Of a DNA stretch of 64,000 nt, positions 57,818 to 64,000 are shown piece after piece; within the stretch, counting starts at the first letter, position 1; every line of letters starts with the position of its first letter. This DNA comes from Deltaproteobacteria bacterium (GTDB taxonomy: Bacteria; Myxococcota_A; Polyangia; Fen-1088), in NCBI GenBank assembly GCA_033763315.1, contig JANRKS010000031.1, positions 160,001 to 224,000 on the forward strand, in the 5' to 3' direction. Below the pieces are notes generated by a model that saw only the letters and a program-made list of their open reading frames with translations, did not search any database and was not told the DNA's origin. A program made the position numbers and the translations under genes.

Positions 57818-60800
57818 GTTGGCTTCCTTTTCGAACCTCGTTGAAAATTGTGTGCCACCTCGTAGGCCGTTGGAAAGAACAGCAACGTCAAAGCGGTTGC
57901 GGTGATAAGTCCGCCTATCACCACCGTTGCCAAGGGCCGTTGAACTTCACTTCCAGCCGAGTGCGATAAAGCCATGGGAACAAACCCTAATGCCGCCACG
58001 AACGCCGTCATCAGAACAGGCCGCAAGCGCATGCGAGCGGCCGACGCGATGGCCTCGGCCGGCGGCGTGCCCTTAGCCTCGAGTTGCAGGCAGAACGAGA
58101 CGAGTACAAGGCCATTGAGCACGGCGACACCGAATAGAGCGATAAAACCGACGCCAGCTGAGATGCTAAACGGCATATCGCGGAGCCATAGGAAAAGAAC
58201 TCCTCCGATAGCCGCGAAGGGTATGTTGATAAACACCAGCAAGCTGGGTTTAACCCGATCGAACGCCAACCACAGCAAAAACAGAATCAACGCCAACGCC
58301 AAGGGAACAACAATCATCAGTCGAGCGCGTGCGGAGGCGTAGTTTTGAAACTGCCCGCCCCATTCGATGCGGTAACCAGTAGGCAAATGGACCTTGGCAT
58401 TTAAAGCCATACGGGCGTCCTCAACCGCCGAAACCACATCCCGGCCGCGCACGTTGAATTCAACGATCGTTCGCCGCGATTGTTTGTCGCGGTTCACCAG
58501 CACGGGCCCACTTTCGATCGCCACCTCCGCCACGTCACCGAGCGGCACCATCTGGCCCGAGCTTGATTTAAGCGGAAGCGAGCGAAACACATCGAGATTG
58601 CCTTTAAACTCGGCGTTGCTCCGAACCACCATGCCAAATCGCCGATCGCCTTCGAACACAGTGCCAACGTTGCGACCAACAGCGATGGTTTCTGTCACCA
58701 TATTGACGTCCTGCACGGTCAAGCCGTAGCGTGCAAGCCGGGCGCGGTCCGGGCGCACCCGCAAATATGCGAGGCCCGCCGTTTGTTCCGCGCGCACATC
58801 GACGACGCCGTCAATACCCTGAAACGCCGTTTGCACCTGTGTGCCCAGCTCCTGCAGTGTTGCTAAGTCGGGGCCGTAGATCAGTGCAGCCGCATCTGAG
58901 CGCACACCAGCCACAAGTTCGTTGGTACGCATCTGAATTGGCTGCGACACCGCGAATGATACTTCCGGTACGTCCTTTTCCACGGCTGCAGAAATCTCCT
59001 CACCTAACGCCAGCTTGGTCAATCCGTCGCGCCACTTGCTGGTGGGTTTTAAAGTGATGTAGACATCGGACTGTTCGATGCCCATCGGATCTGTTGCCAC
59101 TTCTGGTGCTCCGTTGCGTGCCACGACATGCTCGATCTCTGGGATGTGAGCCAATGAGCGCTCGATGCGCACGTCCATGGCCACTGACTCTGTCAGCGCC
59201 ACGCCGGGTAGCCGTCGGACCTCAAGTAGCAGATCGCCTTCGTCCAGTTGCGGAACAAATTCCGCACCTAGGCGGGTCGACAAACCTGCTCCCAAGGCCA
59301 GCAGTGCCAATCCGACGCCCAAGGTTCGCGAAGGCCTGGCGAGAGCCGTCTTGAGTAAGGGCAGGTAGCCTCGCCGCAACTGCCGCATGACCCACGTTTC
59401 GTGCTCGTTCCTTTCTGGTCGCAGAAAATAGCTGCATAAAACAGGCACTACAGTCAGCGACAAGATGAAAGCGCCGAGCAGCGCGAACAACACCGTTTGC
59501 GCCATAGGATGGAAAAGCTTTCCTTCGACACCCCGCAATGCCAAAATTGGTAGGTACACAATGCCGATGATCGCTTCGCCAAATACGCTGGCGCTGCGCA
59601 CCTCAATGGCTGCATCTTGGACGATCACCAATCGCTCGTCGGCGGTCGGGGCTTGGCCGCGTGCCGCGCCCACTTCTGTTAAACGACGGACGGCATTTTC
59701 AACGATGATAACCGCCGCGTCCACAATCAGGCCGAAGTCAACGGCACCCAGACTCATAAGGTTTCCAGAGGCGCCGGTCATTCGCATGATCATCACTGCG
59801 AACAGCATCGATAGCGGGATGGTCACCGCCACTATCAAACCAGCGCGTAGGTTTCCCAACAACACGAGCAACACGACAACAACCAAGGCGGCGCCTTCGG
59901 CAAGATTCCGTGCCACTGTGCGAATCGTGCGATCGACCAGTGCCGCGCGATCGTAGAAGGGTTCAACGGTTATGCCCTTTGGAAGCGTGGGGCGAAGCTC
60001 ATCAAGGCGCGCCTTCACAAGGTCAGTAACCACGCGGGAGTTTTCACCTATCAGCATTAGCGCCACACCAACAACCACTTCCCCTTGGCCATCCATTGAG
60101 GCGGCCCCTCGGCGTAAGCGCGCACCGAAGCGTACGTCTCCCACATTGGCAATAGTGATAGGAACGCCTTGGGGCGTTGCACCTACCACTACAGATTTTA
60201 GATCCTCAAGGCTCTTTACAAGCCCCAAAGTCCCGATCACCAGCTGTTCGCGGTTGTGTTCAATGTAACCCCCGCCGGCATTTGCGTTGGTTCGTTCAAG
60301 AGCGCTGACGACTTCTTGTAGAGATAATCCGGCGGCCTGCAAACGCTTGGGATCAACGACGACTTGGTACTGGCGCTCTTCGCCGCCAAAACTGTTGACC
60401 TCGACGATCCCGGGAACCGTTCGAAGCTGCGGCCCAATGTACCAGTCGAGCGTCTCTTCGAGCTCCATCAAGGAATGGCCCTTGCCGCGCACAACGAATT
60501 GATAGATCTCGCCTAAGCCGCTTGCGATGGGGCCGATCTGGGGGCGCCCATAAGCCTCGGGAATGTCGGCTTCGGCTTCGCGTACGCGCTCGCTGACCAT
60601 TTGCCGTGCGAAGTAAATGTCCGTTCCTTCGTCAAACACGATGGTCACCACGGACAGTCCGTACTTGGTTAGCGAACGCACTTCCGTCACCTTTGGAATG
60701 CCGGCCATCGCGCGTTCGACCGGCACGGTCACGTATTGCTCCATCTCGACCGGCGACAGCGCGGGCGCCGAGGTGATCACCTGTACTTGGACATTGGTGA

Positions 60801-60930
60801 TGTCAGGCACGGCATCAATCGGAAGGCCCACGGCGGAAGCCAGCCCCGCGATCACGAAAAGAATCGTTGCCATCAAAACCACCACGCGGTTGTGCAGCGA
60901 CCACGAGACCATCTTGCTGAGCAGAAACAT
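57814..60930 (-). CDS. czcA: CzcA/CusA heavy-metal RND efflux permease
   Basis: LPIDAVPDITNVQVQV, NLMSLGAVDFG, FVPQLDEGD, RLRPVLMTA and EVQRPLATVVIGG motifs. Confidence 0.95.
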   Translation of the reverse strand: MFLLSKMVSWSLHNRVVVLMATILFVIAGLASAVGLPIDAVPDITNVQVQVITSAPALSPVEMEQYVTVPVERAMAGIPKVTEVRSLTKYGLSVVTIVFDEGTDIYFARQMVSERVREAEADIPEAYGRPQIGPIASGLGEIYQFVVRGKGHSLMELEETLDWYIGPQLRTVPGIVEVNSFGGEERQYQVVVDPKRLQAAGLSLQEVVSALERTNANAGGGYIEHNREQLVIGTLGLVKSLEDLKSVVVGATPQGVPITIANVGDVRFGARLRRGAASMDGQGEVVVGVALMLIGENSRVVTDLVKARLDELRPTLPKGITVEPFYDRAALVDRTIRTVARNLAEGAALVVVVLLVLLGNLRAGLIVAVTIPLSMLFAVMIMRMTGASGNLMSLGAVDFGLIVDAAVIIVENAVRRLTEVGAARGQAPTADERLVIVQDAAIEVRSASVFGEAIIGIVYLPILALRGVEGKLFHPMAQTVLFALLGAFILSLTVVPVLCSYFLRPERNEHETWVMRQLRRGYLPLLKTALARPSRTLGVGLALLALGAGLSTRLGAEFVPQLDEGDLLLEVRRLPGVALTESVAMDVRIERSLAHIPEIEHVVARNGAPEVATDPMGIEQSDVYITLKPTSKWRDGLTKLALGEEISAAVEKDVPEVSFAVSQPIQMRTNELVAGVRSDAAALIYGPDLATLQELGTQVQTAFQGIDGVVDVRAEQTAGLAYLRVRPDRARLARYGLTVQDVNMVTETIAVGRNVGTVFEGDRRFGMVVRSNAEFKGNLDVFRSLPLKSSSGQMVPLGDVAEVAIESGPVLVNRDKQSRRTIVEFNVRGRDVVSAVEDARMALNAKVHLPTGYRIEWGGQFQNYASARARLMIVVPLALALILFLLWLAFDRVKPSLLVFINIPFAAIGGVLFLWLRDMPFSISAGVGFIALFGVAVLNGLVLVSFCLQLEAKGTPPAEAIASAARMRLRPVLMTAFVAALGFVPMALSHSAGSEVQRPLATVVIGGLITATALTLLFFPTAYEVAHNFQRGSKRKPT

Positions 60931-62120
60931 CAGTCTTCCTCACCGAACGTGCTCTTTAATACGGTGCTCTTAATGCTGAAAACACCGGCAACGACCACCC
61001 TTTCACCTTCGCGCAGGCCATTAAGGATCTCGACACGGTTGCCTCCCATCACGCCAAGGGTGACGGGGTGCATCTCATAGTCACCGTCTTCGTGCAAAAC
61101 GAACACCACGTCCTTTTCCGCCACACGAGTTACTGCGGACAACGGTACAACAACCCGTTTCGTGGCTTCATTTGCGCTGCCCGTAACTATGCGGGCTGTG
61201 CCGAAAAGACCGATCTTCAGGAGATCGTCGTGGTTGCGCACCACGATGCGCGCGGTGACGGTTCGAGCAACTGTATCGAGTCGCTTGCCGACGGATTCAA
61301 CAACACCTGAAAACTGCTCCTCAGGGTACCCGTTGAGACGTATGTCAACGGTGGCGCCTTGCTTGACCAACGCAAGATCCTTCTCGAATATCCGCCCCAA
61401 GAAATAGGCGCGATCGAGATCGCCTATGACCGCCAGCACGTGGTCGGCGGGGATGAATTGGCCCGGCACCGCGTCTCGCGACAAAACGAAGCCCGATATT
61501 GGCGTGCGCACAATCAGTCGCACGCTTGCGCCGGCCGTTGCAAAGTCTTGCGTCCCGAAGGAAAGCAGCGTTTGGCGGGCCGCAGCCGTCTGTGCTTCCA
61601 AAGCTGCAGCTTCGGCTTCTGCTGCCGAGGCTTCCTGTCCAGACGCTAAGGCGTTTGATGCAAGGCTTTTTAGGCGCTGCGCATTGAGCCGCGCCGAACT
61701 TGCGCGCCCGCCTGCCGAAGCAACTTCGGCGCGGGCTCGCGCCAGTTCAGGAGATTCGAGCACGGCAACGATTTGTCCCGCCTTGACGCGTTCGCCTTCT
61801 TTGACCTTCACATCGACGACCCGACCTGCGACCCGCGCTGATAACTGAGCTGACTTATCGGGATCCGTTGCGATCTCGCCCGTGAGGTCAACGGTTGACG
61901 GAATGGTATCGAGGGTCACCGGCTGCGTGACGATTCCTGCGGCGCGCACGACGTCCGCCGTCAGCCGCACCTTCGATGGTAGCGGTTCATGTTCCTTTTC
62001 ATCCTCGTGCGCTGCAGCCGGTTGTGCGGCTTCCGTGGGCACCGGTTCGGGCGGGCGCTTGCCACTACACGCGCCATAGAACAGCATCGAGATCACGATT
62101 GGCAACACGGTCACTCTCAT
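60930..62120 (-). CDS. czcB: RND periplasmic adaptor (CzcB-like)
   Basis: Lipoprotein-like N-terminus, GRVVDVKVKEGERVKAGQ lipoyl half-motif, GLREGERVV. Confidence 0.9.
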   Translation of the reverse strand: MRVTVLPIVISMLFYGACSGKRPPEPVPTEAAQPAAAHEDEKEHEPLPSKVRLTADVVRAAGIVTQPVTLDTIPSTVDLTGEIATDPDKSAQLSARVAGRVVDVKVKEGERVKAGQIVAVLESPELARARAEVASAGGRASSARLNAQRLKSLASNALASGQEASAAEAEAAALEAQTAAARQTLLSFGTQDFATAGASVRLIVRTPISGFVLSRDAVPGQFIPADHVLAVIGDLDRAYFLGRIFEKDLALVKQGATVDIRLNGYPEEQFSGVVESVGKRLDTVARTVTARIVVRNHDDLLKIGLFGTARIVTGSANEATKRVVVPLSAVTRVAEKDVVFVLHEDGDYEMHPVTLGVMGGNRVEILNGLREGERVVVAGVFSIKSTVLKSTFGEED

Positions 62121-63430
62121 TGGCCTTCTCCCAAAACAGCGGTCACGAGCGTTCCTGTAACGCGATGAAGTTCAACCCACGCAAGCGCTTGTTCACGCCG
62201 CACTTGTATTTCCGATTGCAATAACTCGATGAGTCCGCGTTGCCACACCAGCGCTTCATTCAGTGGAAGTTGGTTCATTGAGATGCCGGCTTTGATTGCT
62301 GCAAGGTCGGCTCGGGCCCGCGCAATCAAAGCGGGGTCAAAGAGTGCGAGCGCCGCGGTCTTGGCTCGCTGCAGTGCCAGCGCGTTTGCTACTTCCCGCT
62401 GCACACGGCGGCGCACAAGCTCCACCGAACTTTCACTGGCGCGAATCTGCCCTTGCAGTTCACTGATGTCACCCGCGCGAGACCGGCCAATAGGGGCCGG
62501 CAAGGGCAGGGGGAATGACAACCCTAAGCCAAGGATGCGATCGTTGATCTCCCCCCGCTCCGCAAACACAGAAACCGTCGGGTTGGGCATGCGTTCACGG
62601 CGCACAAGGGCGAGCCGCGATTCCAACACCACCCGTTCCATGTCTGCGGCTGCAAGTTCGCCGCGCAGCCGTAGGGCATCGTTAAGCGCCTTCGCTTCGT
62701 CCATGTCACCGACTGCAGGAGGCGTCAGAACCTGCGGGACGATAAGTGAGCCTGCGGTGTCACTGAGCGATACACGCAAATCCGTCAGTGCTTGCGACAG
62801 GTTTCGTTCGGCCTCAAAGCGAATCAAGGCAAGCCGAATGGCCTCGGCCCTCGCCACGTCAGCTTCAACCCCAGACATAACTGATTCGGCAGCCCGCCCT
62901 TCAACCAGCCTGCTTAGCGCTTCAGCGATACCAAAGAGCTCTTCCGCTAAGCCCAACGACTCGCGTGCCGCGACGGCGTTGAAGAACACGCTGAGCACGT
63001 TCGAAGCCACATCTTGTTCGGCAACCCCAACGCGCCTGATTTGGGCGCTTACCTCGGCGTCAGCGGCCCGCAATCTCAGGCCGCGCTGGCCAGCGATCTC
63101 GAATTGTTGCGCCAGCGACAGGCTCCAGTTGAGCGCCTGGACATTCTCGGGAGCCGGCCGTTGGCGTTGGGATAAGGAGGCAGACACGACGGGGTTGCTA
63201 GGCAACCACGTGTTCGCGGAAAGCCTTCGACCGGACCCCGCCGCCAACTGCGCGCGCGCCGACGCTACATCTGGGCTTGTGGACAGGGCACACTCAACGA
63301 CCGTCTTGGTCGTGAGTAGTTTGGGGCAACTTGCTGGAGTTTTTGATGTGTCAATCACTGCATGCGCACCAACGGTTCGTGCGCATGCCAAGGCGACAGC
63401 AAAGGCTGCCGCAGGCAAAACCCGTTTCAT
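62117..63430 (-). CDS. czcC: TolC-family outer membrane efflux protein (CzcC-like)
   Basis: Signal peptide, PSNP...LAQQFEIAGQRGLR, GLSFPLP. First of the C-B-A triad. Confidence 0.88.
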   Translation of the reverse strand: MKRVLPAAAFAVALACARTVGAHAVIDTSKTPASCPKLLTTKTVVECALSTSPDVASARAQLAAGSGRRLSANTWLPSNPVVSASLSQRQRPAPENVQALNWSLSLAQQFEIAGQRGLRLRAADAEVSAQIRRVGVAEQDVASNVLSVFFNAVAARESLGLAEELFGIAEALSRLVEGRAAESVMSGVEADVARAEAIRLALIRFEAERNLSQALTDLRVSLSDTAGSLIVPQVLTPPAVGDMDEAKALNDALRLRGELAAADMERVVLESRLALVRRERMPNPTVSVFAERGEINDRILGLGLSFPLPLPAPIGRSRAGDISELQGQIRASESSVELVRRRVQREVANALALQRAKTAALALFDPALIARARADLAAIKAGISMNQLPLNEALVWQRGLIELLQSEIQVRREQALAWVELHRVTGTLVTAVLGEGQ

Positions 63431-63501
63431 GATTTCCTCGCGTCGAGATTGGGGAGACTGGGCGCAATGGTGGCCCTGTCATCCGTTCCGGTGTTTGTGA
63501 G

Positions 63502-63804
63502 CTACGCGAGAATCAGCTTGGGAACGTCTAGAATGTCACCGGGTTCGGGCTCAGTAGGAACCTCGAACCGGAGCGTGAATTGAAGTCGGTGCCCATCGGG
63601 GGGGATTAGTGCCGGTGTGTCCTGGGGCTTGAGGGCTCGCGGGAGCGTACAGCAAGCGCAAAATGCGCAATTCGGCGCACACTCGCCACCTGAGGCGTCA
63701 GCCGGACACTCGTCGCTGCAGGCGGGATCGCCCAAGAAAGACGCAAGTCCGCTCATCTCAAAAGAGACGCAAAGGATTGCGGCAATCAGAAGGGTCCGGA
63801 ACAT
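63502..63804 (-). CDS. Small Cys-rich secreted protein upstream of czcCBA (CzcI/DUF2946-like)
   Basis: Hydrophobic N-terminus, CxxxC...CxxxCxxCxCC cluster and Pro-rich C-terminus. Position at the operon head. Confidence 0.7.
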   Translation of the reverse strand: MFRTLLIAAILCVSFEMSGLASFLGDPACSDECPADASGGECAPNCAFCACCTLPRALKPQDTPALIPPDGHRLQFTLRFEVPTEPEPGDILDVPKLILA

Positions 63805-63887
63805 TTAAGCGGCTAGGGTATCATACGTCGGTTGGAGGCAGGCGTCATTCGGGGCGGGGATACGGCGGGAAATCGGGGACCGCAACG

Positions 63888-64000
63888 GCTCCCACTGTTG
63901 CCAAAGGGGGTAACAGAAGGCGTTTTTCCTGCATTCTCACGCCTCGACTGGATGTTTGCGCCCCGTTTCACTTCTGTTACCTTTTCGGCATGTCGGGAGC
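63888..64000. repeat. Long imperfect inverted repeat (may extend past the window end)
   Basis: GCTCCC/GGGAGC, TGCC/GGCA and perfect GGTAACAGAAG(63909-63919)/CTTCTGTTACC(63971-63981) nested arms. Confidence 0.7.

Larger units (their letters stand above)
49509..64000. mobile_element. Probable tRNA-anchored heavy-metal resistance genomic island (right end outside window)
   Basis: Starts at the tRNA 3' end, followed by 600 bp of non-coding repeat-rich DNA and almost only metal/metalloid resistance genes. Codon usage looks more A/T-rich by eye. No integrase or attR in the window. Confidence 0.55.

Noticed and set aside
62229-63500. 423-aa plus-strand ORF, and similar long ORFs such as 10416-11696, 47350-48579 and 7034-8035
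   Set aside because: Antisense or off-frame shadows of well-supported genes in GC-rich DNA, with Ser/Arg/Ala-rich translations and no motifs.

Overview
GC-rich bacterial chromosome segment, most likely from a myxobacterium (Myxococcota). This is inferred from TIGR02266-type PilZ proteins, AgmX/PglI-like C-terminal domains, Cys-rich and vWA lipoproteins, a REC-DUF4388-J-TPR protein and a split F0F1 operon. Bases 1-49.4 kb are mostly core and lineage-typical genes: Ser/Thr kinase cassette, sodB, tmRNA (tag ANDNAFALAA), PrsW, thiolase, PspA, uppS-cdsA, RNase E/G, grxC, pirin, moaDE, an RNA methyltransferase, a two-component pair, atpF'FHAGDC, a biotin carboxylase and ggt. From tRNA-Asn (49434-49508) to the window end lies a probable heavy-metal resistance island with no integrase in view. 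It carries arsH-arsC-arsR-acr3, a CDF transporter and a tightly coupled minus-strand operon (small Cys-rich ORF, czcCBA-like, ZIP-like, P1B-4 ATPase, agmatine deiminase). The best leads are the deiminase coupled to the metal-efflux operon, a possible metal-sensing upstream ORF, a duplicated ArsR-type operator, repeat and hairpin signals at the island edge and window end, and two structured AT-richer intergenic regions (16.7-17.3 kb and 23.05-23.3 kb). No CRISPR array, rRNA, transposase or integrase was seen. All family calls come from motif recognition by eye, with no database search. Several start codons were re-chosen from the ORF track.
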